From a virus: DNA of 64,000 nucleotides. The stretch is from the IMG/VR virus record IMGVR_UViG_3300044712_000429, positions 6,036 to 70,035 of that record; one strand, 5' to 3'. Shown here one piece after another: positions 1-8,994 of this stretch. The notes beneath the pieces are model-generated. The model saw nothing but the letters and a program-made list of their open reading frames with translations, did no database searches and had not been told where the DNA came from. Numbering within the stretch: position 1 is the stretch's first letter; the number at the start of each line of letters is the position of its first letter. The position numbers and the translations under genes are program-made.

Positions 1-1
1 G

Positions 2-229
2 TCGGCATACGCTGTCGGCGCGACGGTGGGTTTCACCCCGTCGATACCGATTGAGATTGACCGCTCGTGGCAGGCGAACACCGCCGCCTCGTCCACCACC
101 GGGAGTCTCACCATCGAGTCTCTGGTCGTGGTTGCAGCAGACCCGAGGAAGGGTGCTGCTATCGTGAAGAACCAGACCACCAACGCACTCAGCTACGTCG
201 GCATCTCTGAACCTTCGGGAGGATTTTGA
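2..229 (+). CDS. Hypothetical protein, 5'-truncated by window edge
   Basis: Frame open from base 2 to TGA 229, overlapping the next ATG. Confidence 0.6.
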   Translation, partial: SAYAVGATVGFTPSIPIEIDRSWQANTAASSTTGSLTIESLVVVAADPRKGAAIVKNQTTNALSYVGISEPSGGF

Positions 230-477
230 TGACCACCACTGTGACGAACTGGTCGCTTGACTATGAGCAGCTCCCCGGCTGTCGCTTGAACCTGAATGCA
301 TTCCGCTTCTTTGGTGTGCATCCGAACGAGACCGGCACCTACGTGCTGTCACACCCTGGTCGAGGTGGGATTCTGGTGCGCGGAGGGACGAAGACAGACC
401 TCACAACGAAGGTCGGGGACTTCCCGGCAGACCTGAAAGCGGTAACACAACCCTTGTTTACACGCAAGAAACTCTGA
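229..477 (+). CDS. Hypothetical protein
   Basis: GGAGG RBS, TGATG coupling to upstream ORF. Confidence 0.6.
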   Translation: MTTTVTNWSLDYEQLPGCRLNLNAFRFFGVHPNETGTYVLSHPGRGGILVRGGTKTDLTTKVGDFPADLKAVTQPLFTRKKL

Positions 478-513
478 TACACTCTCGCGCACTCTGACAA
501 GGGGAACACCCAC

Positions 514-873
514 ATGGCTGCTGGCGAACTCGTAGGGCGCTGCTTTCACGCACGCACCATCGCCCACATTCTTCATTTGAAGACGCGCTCTTTTGCAGCC
601 CATAAGGCACTAAACGAGTTCTACGACGCCATCGTCCCGCTGACCGACAGCTTTGCCGAGGCGTACCAGGGTGAGTACGGTCTCATCGAAGACTATCCGG
701 TCAAGTTCGCGTCATACTCTGACGCTCTCGTATTGCTCTCTGAGCTGAACGACTGGATCGCGGCGAACCGCTTCGACTGCTGCGACAAGGGTGACACGTA
801 TCTGCAAAACATCATTGACGAGATCGTCGCCTTGATCAGCAGCACCACCTACAAACTGAAATTCCTCAAGTGA
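514..873 (+). CDS. DUF5856-like ferritin/Dps-fold protein
   Basis: HILHLKTRSFAAHKALNEFYD...D.FAEAYQG motif and C-terminal YKLKFL. Confidence 0.75.
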   Translation: MAAGELVGRCFHARTIAHILHLKTRSFAAHKALNEFYDAIVPLTDSFAEAYQGEYGLIEDYPVKFASYSDALVLLSELNDWIAANRFDCCDKGDTYLQNIIDEIVALISSTTYKLKFLK

Positions 874-880
874 GCTGACC

Positions 881-3016
881 ATGCCTGTTGACGCCGCGAA
901 ATCGCAAGAGAACTGGCTCCGCTTCCAGTACTGCCGTGATCGCGGCCACTTGGACTTCATCACGAAGGCTGACCGCTGCGAGCAGTTCTTCGTCGGCGAG
1001 CAGTGGAGCAAGGACGACCTTGCGCGGCTGAAGGAACAGCGCCGTCCGGCGATGACGATCAACAAGATTCTCTCGACCATGAGCAACATCCTGGGCGAGC
1101 AGATTCATAACCGCACCGAGATTCTGTTCCGGCCCAAGAACGGCTCACCCGCCGAGGTGGCCGAGGCGCTGACGAAGATATGGATGCACGTCAGTCAGGA
1201 GAACCAGCTTCCGTGGGTGCGCTCCGACGTGTTCTGTGATGGCCTTGTCAGGTCGCGTGGCTTCTACGACGTGCGCTTGAAGTTCAACGACTCCATGGAA
1301 GGTGAGCTGCAGATCACGCAGCTCAACTCGAAGAACGTCGTGATTGACCCCGACGCCGACGCCTACGATCCTGACACGTGGAATGACGTGTTCATCACGA
1401 AGTGGCTCTCGGGTCAGGACATCGCAATCCTCTACAACGAAGAAGATGGCGAGTACCTCGCCAACCGGGAGGGCAGCTCCTATGTGTACGGCTTCGACTC
1501 CCTTGAGCGCACGCGTGACCGCTTCGGCGGCCTCATGCCTGTTGCGGGTTACTACGACGTGGGCGACAAACAGAACGTGCGACGTAACGTACGCGTCCTT
1601 GAGCGACAGTACCGAAAGCTGGACAAGCAACTCCACTTTGTTGACATCGAGACCGGAGACATGCGCCCCGTCCCCATGGGATGGGATCGAAATCGCATTG
1701 CCAACCTTCTTGAGAAAGCGGGTGGGAATCTCTCTACGACGAAGAAGCTGGTTAAGCGCATTCGGTGGTGTGTCACCGCTGACAACGTCGTCCTCCACGA
1801 TGACTGGTCACCTTACAAGCATCTCACCCCGGTGCCGTACTTCCCCTACTTCCGTTACGGCAAGACCGTCGGGGTGGTGGAGAACCTCCTGGGGCCGCAG
1901 GAAATCCTGAACAAGGTTTCGTCGCAGGAGCTGCACATCGTCAACACCACCGCGAACAGCGGGTGGGTGGTGGAAGCCGGGTCGCTGGTCAACATGACCA
2001 TCGAAGAACTGGAAGCGAAGGGTGCTCAAACCGGCCTCGTGCTGGAGTACCAGAAGGGTTTCAACCCGCCCGAGAAGATCACGCCGAATAGCACACCTAC
2101 CGGCCTTGACCGTATCAGCTACAAGGCCGAGGAGCACATCAAGGGTATCTCTGGCGTGTCGGACTCCATGCAGGGTTTCGACCGCGAGGACGTTGCGGCC
2201 AAGGCTATCGCCTACAAGCAGGCTCGCGGCTCCGTGAACCAGACGAAGGTGCTCGACAACCTCGAACGCACGGACTACATCCTTGCGCGGAACTGCCTGG
2301 ACATCATTCAGGAGTTCTACACCGAGCCTCGCATCATCAACATCATCGGCGCGGACGTGACGCAGGCTCCGGAAGAAGTCCGCATCAACCAGTTCGATGA
2401 GACCACTGGGAAGATCGCCAACGATCTGACCCTTGGTGAGTACGACATCACGATCACGACCTCCCCGCACCGCGCCAGCCTCGAAGACAGCCAGTTCGAA
2501 CAGGCTCGGGCCATGCGCGAAATCGGTGTGGCGATTCCGGATAGCGTTCTCATCGAGAACAGCCGCCTCATGCGCCGTGCTGACATCATCAAGCAGATGG
2601 GGGATGACAAGAACTCCCCCGAAGCACAGGCGGCGGCGCAACTCGACCAGCGCGCACGTGAAGCGGAGGTCTCCGGTATGGAAGGTGACGCCGCGAAGAA
2701 GCACGCCGAGGCCGCGAAGATCGCTCAGGAAGCACAGGGTGGTGATCAGGCTGAGATCGCAAAGATGCAGGCCGAGCTTCAGATGGAGCGCGAGCGTCTT
2801 GACATGGAGCTGCAGAAGATGCGCGAAGAGATGGCGCTCAAGCAGCAGGAAATGATGCAGAAGTTGCACCTGAAGGCCGCAGAGCACCAGCAAGACGCGG
2901 CCATCAAGCAAGCCGACGCTGAGCAGAACGCTCAGCTTCGAGAGCAGGACGCTGCTGCGGAGCGCGCAAGAAAGCTCCGTGAAGGCAGTGAATCAGCAGA
3001 ACCCGCTAACGCCTAA
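881..3016 (+). CDS. Portal protein (P22/N4-like)
   Basis: 711 aa; GEQW...RRPAMTINKI N-terminus, PYFPY..GKTVGVVENL..PQ..LNK..S core, C-terminal coiled coil; upstream of scaffold and capsid. Confidence 0.92.
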   Translation: MPVDAAKSQENWLRFQYCRDRGHLDFITKADRCEQFFVGEQWSKDDLARLKEQRRPAMTINKILSTMSNILGEQIHNRTEILFRPKNGSPAEVAEALTKIWMHVSQENQLPWVRSDVFCDGLVRSRGFYDVRLKFNDSMEGELQITQLNSKNVVIDPDADAYDPDTWNDVFITKWLSGQDIAILYNEEDGEYLANREGSSYVYGFDSLERTRDRFGGLMPVAGYYDVGDKQNVRRNVRVLERQYRKLDKQLHFVDIETGDMRPVPMGWDRNRIANLLEKAGGNLSTTKKLVKRIRWCVTADNVVLHDDWSPYKHLTPVPYFPYFRYGKTVGVVENLLGPQEILNKVSSQELHIVNTTANSGWVVEAGSLVNMTIEELEAKGAQTGLVLEYQKGFNPPEKITPNSTPTGLDRISYKAEEHIKGISGVSDSMQGFDREDVAAKAIAYKQARGSVNQTKVLDNLERTDYILARNCLDIIQEFYTEPRIINIIGADVTQAPEEVRINQFDETTGKIANDLTLGEYDITITTSPHRASLEDSQFEQARAMREIGVAIPDSVLIENSRLMRRADIIKQMGDDKNSPEAQAAAQLDQRAREAEVSGMEGDAAKKHAEAAKIAQEAQGGDQAEIAKMQAELQMERERLDMELQKMREEMALKQQEMMQKLHLKAAEHQQDAAIKQADAEQNAQLREQDAAAERARKLREGSESAEPANA

Positions 3017-3033
3017 CCCCAAGGAGAAGCACG

Positions 3034-4098
3034 ATGTCCGCACTGATGATGAAGATGTTGCAACCCTACTGCAAACCCCTTGAAGAAGGTGCTGACGGTG
3101 GTGGTGGTGCTGTTGATCGCGGCGACGAGGTTGTGACCTCGAAGCTCGCCAACGGTGAAGAGGATGCCCAGGCCGCGAAGGAAGCTGCCGAGAAGGCCGC
3201 TGCCGACGAAGCAGCCGCTGCGGAGAAGCTCGCCGAGGAAGCGGCTGCGCGCAAGGCTGCTGATGAAGCCGCCGCTGCTGCTGCGAAGGAAGAACAGGCC
3301 CGGGATGAGAAGACCGGCAAGTTCGCCAAGAGGGACGACGCCCATATCCCCAAGGCACGCTTCGATGAAGCGGTGAACAAGGAGCGTCAGGCGCGTGAAG
3401 CCGCCGAGAACAAGCTCATCGAACTGCAGAAGCAGCTCAAGACGGTGGATCGTGCGGCTGATAACGAGAAGCTGGAAACCGAGATCACTGCGCTGGAGCA
3501 GCAGCACACCAAGCTCATGCTCGACGGCGAGAGTGACAAGGCTGCTGCGGTGATGAAGGAGATCAGGCTGAAAGAGCGCCAGATCGGCATTGCCACCAGC
3601 ACCGCAATGTCCGAGGCTGCGAAAGAGCAGGCTCGTGAGGACATTCGCTTCGACATGGCTGTCGAGAAGCTGGAAGAGACCTATCCGGAATTCAACCCGA
3701 AGCACGAGAAGTTCGACCGCGACCTCGTGACCATGGTGGTCGCGCTCCAGGGCCACAAGATCGGTGAAGGTCTGTCGCCCTCCAAGGCGCTGATCGCCGC
3801 TGCTGAAGACGTGATGAAGCGCCTCGTCGGCGACGGCGGCAAACCCAAGGAAGAGAAGAAGGAGGACGAATCGCTCTCCGCTGCCAAGGGTGCCACGGAT
3901 CGCAAGGCTGCTGCAGTCGAGAAGAACCTCGACACCGCGAAGCGTCAACCGGCCAGCACCTCCGTTGCCGGGAAGGACAGCGACAAGGGTGGTGAGAAGG
4001 CCGTGGGTTACGGTGAGAAGGGGATGATCATCACCCCCGAAGAGTTCGCAGCCATGCCGGAGTCTACCAAGTCCAAGTTGCGTGGAGACGTACTGTGA
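3034..4098 (+). CDS. Capsid scaffolding protein
   Basis: Ala/Glu/Lys-rich coiled coil, IPKARFDEAVNKER motif, C-terminal EEFAAMPESTKSKLRGD; AAGGAG RBS; between portal and capsid. Confidence 0.82.
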   Translation: MSALMMKMLQPYCKPLEEGADGGGGAVDRGDEVVTSKLANGEEDAQAAKEAAEKAAADEAAAAEKLAEEAAARKAADEAAAAAAKEEQARDEKTGKFAKRDDAHIPKARFDEAVNKERQAREAAENKLIELQKQLKTVDRAADNEKLETEITALEQQHTKLMLDGESDKAAAVMKEIRLKERQIGIATSTAMSEAAKEQAREDIRFDMAVEKLEETYPEFNPKHEKFDRDLVTMVVALQGHKIGEGLSPSKALIAAAEDVMKRLVGDGGKPKEEKKEDESLSAAKGATDRKAAAVEKNLDTAKRQPASTSVAGKDSDKGGEKAVGYGEKGMIITPEEFAAMPESTKSKLRGDVL

Positions 4099-4841
4099 AT
4101 GCTCCCACCATAACCATCGCAGACATCCACAGCAAGATCAAAGCCGCGACCTACACTTTGCTGAGTGATGGTCGCACGACGATCTGTCAACTTACGCTGG
4201 AAAATGGCTATACCGTGATCGGCAAGTCGGCTTGCGTCAGCGCGGAGAACTACAACCAAGCTCTTGGTGAGAAGTTCGCTTTCGAAGATGCCGTGAATGC
4301 GATTTGGCCCCTCGAAGGCTACCTGCTGAAGGAACGTCTCTTCCGCGAAGATCGTGGTGACGTGAATTCGTTCGCACAGGAGCAAGCAACTGCCACCCGA
4401 GCGCACATGATTGATGTGTATGCAGCACTGGGTGTTCGTTTCGGTGATAACCCGTTTCATCGCATCGAAGCTCTGGTTGCCAATCAGCCGCAGGATGTAC
4501 AAGCCCACCCGCTCGACAAGATCGCTCGCCTCTGCCACGAGGTGAACCGCGCCTACTGCCAAGCTCTCGGCGACGATAGCCAGGTGTCTTGGGAAGACGC
4601 TCCTGAGTGGCAGCGCGAGTCGGAGCGCATGGGGGTCGACATGCACCTCATGGGTGACTTCGGCCCCGAGGCGAGCCACATCGGCTGGATGAACCAGAAG
4701 ATCAGGGACGGCTGGACATACGGCCCGGTGAAGGACGCCGAGAAGAAGGAACACCCGTGCATGGTGGCCTTCGAACTTCTGCCGCGTGAGCAGCAAGCCA
4801 AGGATCACATCTTTCGTGCCATCGTGCACTGCTTCAAATAG
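4095..4841 (+). CDS. N4 Gp49/Sf6 gp66 (PF13876-like) domain fused to a RyR domain
   Basis: N-term TTICQLTLENGYTVIGKSACVSAENYN..LG....A...IWPLEGYLL; C-term HEVNRAYC...W...SH..WM..KI.DGW.YGPVKD..KKEHPCMV.F..LP..QQ.KD. Confidence 0.85.
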   Translation: MNAPTITIADIHSKIKAATYTLLSDGRTTICQLTLENGYTVIGKSACVSAENYNQALGEKFAFEDAVNAIWPLEGYLLKERLFREDRGDVNSFAQEQATATRAHMIDVYAALGVRFGDNPFHRIEALVANQPQDVQAHPLDKIARLCHEVNRAYCQALGDDSQVSWEDAPEWQRESERMGVDMHLMGDFGPEASHIGWMNQKIRDGWTYGPVKDAEKKEHPCMVAFELLPREQQAKDHIFRAIVHCFK

Positions 4842-4849
4842 GAGACATC

Positions 4850-5287
4850 ATGTCTGAAATCTCGCAAGTACTGGGTCGCACCACCGTCGTCCGCGACGCC
4901 GACACCAACAAGTTCATCGCTCTTCGGGATGATCACGGCAACGACGTTGTGACGGCGGCTGACTTCGCCACTGCTGCGTCGGTTTCAGACCTCCAAGCCA
5001 CCGTGGTGTACGAAACCACGGTCAACACCGTTGCGCCGGTCATCACTCCCGGCGCTGGTGTGGCTGGCACGGTCGAGTTCTCATGTACCACGGGTACGTG
5101 GAGCCATCTGCCTCTCTCCTACGCCTACCAGTGGCAGGCTGACGCCGTGGACATTCCCGACGAAACGGCCAACACCTACACCACCGTGGTGGGCGATGCG
5201 GGTAAGGAAATCACGTGCGTCGTCACCGCGACGAACGTCAAGGGCGCTGGCTCCCCGGTCAGCAGCAACGGCGTCACACCCTCGTAA
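4850..5287 (+). CDS. Virion protein with C-terminal Ig-like domain
   Basis: NTVAPVIT..G...SCTTGTW...SYAYQWQ...YT.V.GD.GKEITCVVTATN..G pattern. Confidence 0.75.
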   Translation: MSEISQVLGRTTVVRDADTNKFIALRDDHGNDVVTAADFATAASVSDLQATVVYETTVNTVAPVITPGAGVAGTVEFSCTTGTWSHLPLSYAYQWQADAVDIPDETANTYTTVVGDAGKEITCVVTATNVKGAGSPVSSNGVTPS

Positions 5288-5296
5288 GGAGCGGTC

Positions 5297-5896
5297 ATGA
5301 AACGCATCACCAACAGCTACACCTCTGTCGCGGCCAGCGTCACCGGCTTCGCTTCCAACGTAACCGCCGACGTGTGGGCGCTGACCGCCAATGTCCCGGG
5401 TGATGATCTCGCCCACAAGCTCACCATCAAGGGTGACGCGGCTACCGACCACTCAGCCAAGACAGCCGTCATCGTCGGCCTGGACGAGAACGGTGCCGCG
5501 CAGAGCGAGACCGTCAACCTGCCCAACGGTGTGGCGACGGTCACCAGCACCAAGTACTGGTCTCGCGTCACCTCGGTCACGCCGAGCGCCACCATCGGAC
5601 TCGACACCATGGACATCGGTTGGGCGGCAGAGTCCGTCGCGCCGTGGATTCCCGTGGCGAACTTCAGCATCCCCGGGGTCTTCAACCTCGGTTTCGTCGT
5701 GAAGCCCACAGCCGGTGCGCCCACCTATACCGTCCAAAGCTCCTATGACGACAGCTACCCGGTGGATCATGCGACCGTTGCGGCCATTGCAAACGCCGTG
5801 GCTACGGGCGCCTACACCGCTGCGATCTCCAGCATGCGGGTCAAATTCACCGCAGCCGGTGCACTCACCCTGACCGCGATGGTGGCCCACCTCTAA
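5297..5896 (+). CDS. Putative virion structural protein
   Basis: AAGGAG RBS, Thr/Ala/Val-rich beta-type composition, head module. Confidence 0.65.
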   Translation: MKRITNSYTSVAASVTGFASNVTADVWALTANVPGDDLAHKLTIKGDAATDHSAKTAVIVGLDENGAAQSETVNLPNGVATVTSTKYWSRVTSVTPSATIGLDTMDIGWAAESVAPWIPVANFSIPGVFNLGFVVKPTAGAPTYTVQSSYDDSYPVDHATVAAIANAVATGAYTAAISSMRVKFTAAGALTLTAMVAHL

Positions 5897-5933
5897 AAAT
5901 CTCTTGCGCGGCTCTAATATTCTCTGTTAGAGT
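5891..5933 (+). promoter_or_regulatory. Putative capsid-gene promoter with phased CTCT boxes
   Basis: TTGCGC-18-TAGAGT with extended -10 TG; CTCT at 5891, 5901, 5912, 5922. Confidence 0.5.
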
Positions 5934-6115
5934 CGCGCCAGTAGCAAAAACCACTTGGGGTTTGTACCAAGGCCGTCCAGCTAGGGACGAAAAAACCAGC
6001 CGCCTCGTCAGCGTCAAAGGTCGTCGTTTCGCCGCTGTCAGCGACAAGACAGATGCATGAAGCCGCAAGAGAGCTTCGGAACCGCACGACCTTTACAACT
6101 GATTAGGAGCCAATC

Positions 6116-7243
6116 ATGGCAAACACCAATTTTGGTCTATTGACCAATGAACAGAAGACCATCTGGTCGATGGACTTCTGGAAGCAGGCCCGCAACTTCT
6201 CCTTCGTCAACAAGTTCCTCGGCAAGGACAGCAACTCGATGGTGCAACACATCGATGAGCTGAAGAAGACCGAGAAGGGCGCACGCGCCGTCATCACCCT
6301 CGTCGCCGACATGGAAGGCGATGGCGTGGTCGGAGACCGCACCCTGAAGGGCAACGAAGAAGTCCTCAAGTCGTACGACCAGGTGATCCGGATCGACCAG
6401 ATGCGGAACGCGAACCACAACGAAGGTCGCATGGCCGAGCAGAAGTCCATCGTCACCTTCCGCGAGCAGTCCCGCGACAAGCTGGCCTACTGGTTGGCTG
6501 ACCGTATCGACCAACTGGCCTTCCTGACCCTGTCCGGCGTCGCCTACTCGCAGACCAACAAGGGCGCTGCCCGTGTCGGCTCCGATCTGACGAACCTCGA
6601 ATTCGCGGCTGACATCACCGCCCCGTCCTCGAAGCGCAACCTGACCTGGGATCAAGGCACCAGCACCCTGCAAGTCAACGCAGGCACTGGCGGCATCGTG
6701 GCTGGCGCCATCGGCACCGGCGACTACCCGTGTTGGGACATGTTCGTCCAGGCAAAAGCCTACGCCAAGGACAACTACATCCGTGGCACCGTCAGCAAGG
6801 AAGGCGAAGAGCTGTATCACATCTTCCTCACGCCCCAGGCGATGGCGAAGCTGAAGCTCGATCCGGTCTACCGCGACAACCTGCGCTACGCCCAACAGCG
6901 TGGTTCGGCCAACGAACTCTTCACTGGTTCGAGCGTCAAGATCGACGGCCTGATGCTGCACGAGTTCCGTCACGTCTACAACACTGCGGGTGCCGCTGCT
7001 GGCTCCAAGTGGGGTGCTGGTGGAAACGTCGACGGCTGTCAGATTCTGATGTGCGGCGCGCAAGCGATGGGTATGGCAGACATCGGCAACCCCGAGTGGG
7101 ACGAGATGTCCGATGACTACGGCAACAGCTTCGGTATCGCTGTCGCAAAAATCCTCGGCTTCAAGAAGCCCCAGTTCTACACCCAGTACTCGGGCGGCAC
7201 CGTGCAAGACCACGGCGTCATCTCGATCTACACCGCTCAGTAA
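6116..7243 (+). CDS. Major capsid protein, N4-gp56/DUF4043 type
   Basis: TNFGLLT.EQ..IWS.DFWKQARN.SF.NKFLG..NSMVQHI.ELKKTEKGARAVITL..D..GDGV.GD.TL.GNEE; AGGAG RBS. Confidence 0.93.
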   Translation: MANTNFGLLTNEQKTIWSMDFWKQARNFSFVNKFLGKDSNSMVQHIDELKKTEKGARAVITLVADMEGDGVVGDRTLKGNEEVLKSYDQVIRIDQMRNANHNEGRMAEQKSIVTFREQSRDKLAYWLADRIDQLAFLTLSGVAYSQTNKGAARVGSDLTNLEFAADITAPSSKRNLTWDQGTSTLQVNAGTGGIVAGAIGTGDYPCWDMFVQAKAYAKDNYIRGTVSKEGEELYHIFLTPQAMAKLKLDPVYRDNLRYAQQRGSANELFTGSSVKIDGLMLHEFRHVYNTAGAAAGSKWGAGGNVDGCQILMCGAQAMGMADIGNPEWDEMSDDYGNSFGIAVAKILGFKKPQFYTQYSGGTVQDHGVISIYTAQ

Positions 7244-7254
7244 GGAGAAAGACC

Positions 7255-7707
7255 ATGACTGCAAAGATCGCAGCCCGTACCGCCCAGTGGCCGCTTGCGG
7301 CTGAGTTCACCTTCAACTTCGATGACACGATGAAGGACACAGCCGGGGTCACCCGTGACTTCGGCTCCCTGGCTGGCGGCTCGTCCGCTGCCACCTTCTA
7401 CGCCTTCGAACCGATCCCGCTGCCCGTGGGTGCCACCGTCATCGGTGGTCACGTGGTGACGGACACCGCGTTCGACACGGCTGGTTACGACGTGAAGGTG
7501 GGTGACAGCGCCTCGGTTGACCGCTACCTCGGCTCGACCGACAAGAAGGGCACCGGCCTGACCGAGCTGGTTCCGACCGGCTACGTCGGCGTCGGTGAAA
7601 ACCTTCGTGTTTCGGTCTCGACCGATGACGCCTGCACCACCGGCAAGATGACCGTTCGTGTGCTCTACACGATTGCGAATCGCGCCAACGAAAACACGAT
7701 CAACTGA
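7255..7707 (+). CDS. Putative capsid decoration/minor head protein
   Basis: Directly after capsid gene, strong RBS, LP.GA.V.GG.V.TDTAF...VGD...RYL pattern. Confidence 0.7.
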   Translation: MTAKIAARTAQWPLAAEFTFNFDDTMKDTAGVTRDFGSLAGGSSAATFYAFEPIPLPVGATVIGGHVVTDTAFDTAGYDVKVGDSASVDRYLGSTDKKGTGLTELVPTGYVGVGENLRVSVSTDDACTTGKMTVRVLYTIANRANENTIN

Positions 7708-7720
7708 TCGTGCCAACCAA

Positions 7721-7744
7721 GCAACGGGGCTTCGGCCCCGTTGC
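7721..7744 (+). terminator. Stem-loop after head genes, probable terminator or processing site
   Basis: GCAACGGGGC-TTCG-GCCCCGTTGC, perfect 10-bp stem with UUCG loop; weak U tract. Confidence 0.7.
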
Positions 7745-7765
7745 TCTACCTACTGGAGAAAACTC

Positions 7766-8164
7766 ATGCCCGAATTCATTCTGAATCGCACCCACGTCCT
7801 CGACGGCAAGGGTCACAAGATTCGCTTTACCAAGGGTCAGCCCACCTACGTGCCGCCCGAACTTATCCGCGAAGCTATCGGCATCGGTGCCGAGTGCCTG
7901 GACGAAACCGTCAAGCCCTTCGGCGACGACGAGGACGAGGACGGCAAGATCGACCCGAACAAGATGACGCCGGAAGACAAGGAAAAGGTGTTCTTCGCCG
8001 CCTTCGAGCTTCTGATCGAGCGTAATGGCCGCGATGACTTCGGCGGCGACGGCAAACCCGCCATGGACGCCCTGAAGAAGCTGATCGACTTCAACTTCGT
8101 CAAGAAGGAGCGTGACGCGGCATTCCAGAAGTTCCGTGAGCAGAAGGAAGCCGCGAAGGACTGA
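7766..8164 (+). CDS. Hypothetical protein
   Basis: GGAG RBS before ATG 7766, phage-like codon usage. Confidence 0.75.
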   Translation: MPEFILNRTHVLDGKGHKIRFTKGQPTYVPPELIREAIGIGAECLDETVKPFGDDEDEDGKIDPNKMTPEDKEKVFFAAFELLIERNGRDDFGGDGKPAMDALKKLIDFNFVKKERDAAFQKFREQKEAAKD

Positions 8165-8856
8165 TGATGAAGAACTCCGGTGAACTGATCGACCGCTTCC
8201 GTGCGGACATCGTTGACGTAGCCAAACCCTACCTCTGGTCGGACGAAGAGGTGGTGAACTACGCGGACGATGCCTACCGCATGTTCATCAGGCTCACCGG
8301 GGGCATCGCAGATTTCACCAGTGATCTCACGAAGATTCAACTGGTGACCGGGGAGGACATCGTGGAACCCCACGAGTCCATCCTCCGCGTCATGACGGCG
8401 ACTCTCGCCTCGACAGGTAACGAGATCGAGGTTCTGAACGCCACCGACCTCCCCATGCTGTTCCAGAGCAACGTCGACTACGGCTCGCTGCGCACCTTGT
8501 CCATGAAGAACCTCCCCGGCGCGGTGCGCTGGCTGATCATGGGTATGGAGCGCAACAAGGCCAAGGTCGTTCAGATTCCGATTGCCGATGACGAGATCAA
8601 CATGTTCGTCTATCGACTGCCCAAAGACCACATCACCGACGAGAAGCACGAACTCGGCGACATCGCTGAAGAGCACCACATCCACTTGCTCAAGGGGATG
8701 AAGGGGTTGGCTTACCTAAAGCAAGACGCTGAGACCTTCGACAAGACGAAGGCTGCTGAGTCAGAAGCTGCGTTCCGCGCCTACTGCGCCCAGTGCAAGG
8801 CCGAGTGGGAGCGGTACAAACACAAAACCCGAGTCGTCGCGTACGGCGGTCTCTGA
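8164..8856 (+). CDS. Putative head-tail adaptor protein
   Basis: ELI..FR.D..D...PYLWSD.E...Y..DA N-terminus typical of adaptors; position. Confidence 0.7.
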   Translation: MMKNSGELIDRFRADIVDVAKPYLWSDEEVVNYADDAYRMFIRLTGGIADFTSDLTKIQLVTGEDIVEPHESILRVMTATLASTGNEIEVLNATDLPMLFQSNVDYGSLRTLSMKNLPGAVRWLIMGMERNKAKVVQIPIADDEINMFVYRLPKDHITDEKHELGDIAEEHHIHLLKGMKGLAYLKQDAETFDKTKAAESEAAFRAYCAQCKAEWERYKHKTRVVAYGGL

Positions 8857-8994
8857 TGAACACGCAAAAGCCCCAGGCGGCGGTGGGTGCGTGTGGGCGA
8901 CTGAGTGCTTGCCTCAAAACACCGTCAGCACAGGCGCACGCTAACTCCATGGTGTGCGGCCTGTTGCACCTATTCGAAACCTAGAGGAATAGTC

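Noticed and set aside
8853-8985. Hammerhead ribozyme (CTGATGA ... CGAAAC)
   Set aside because: The stem after CTGATGA is not followed by GAAA, and no stems I and III with a cleavage triplet could be built
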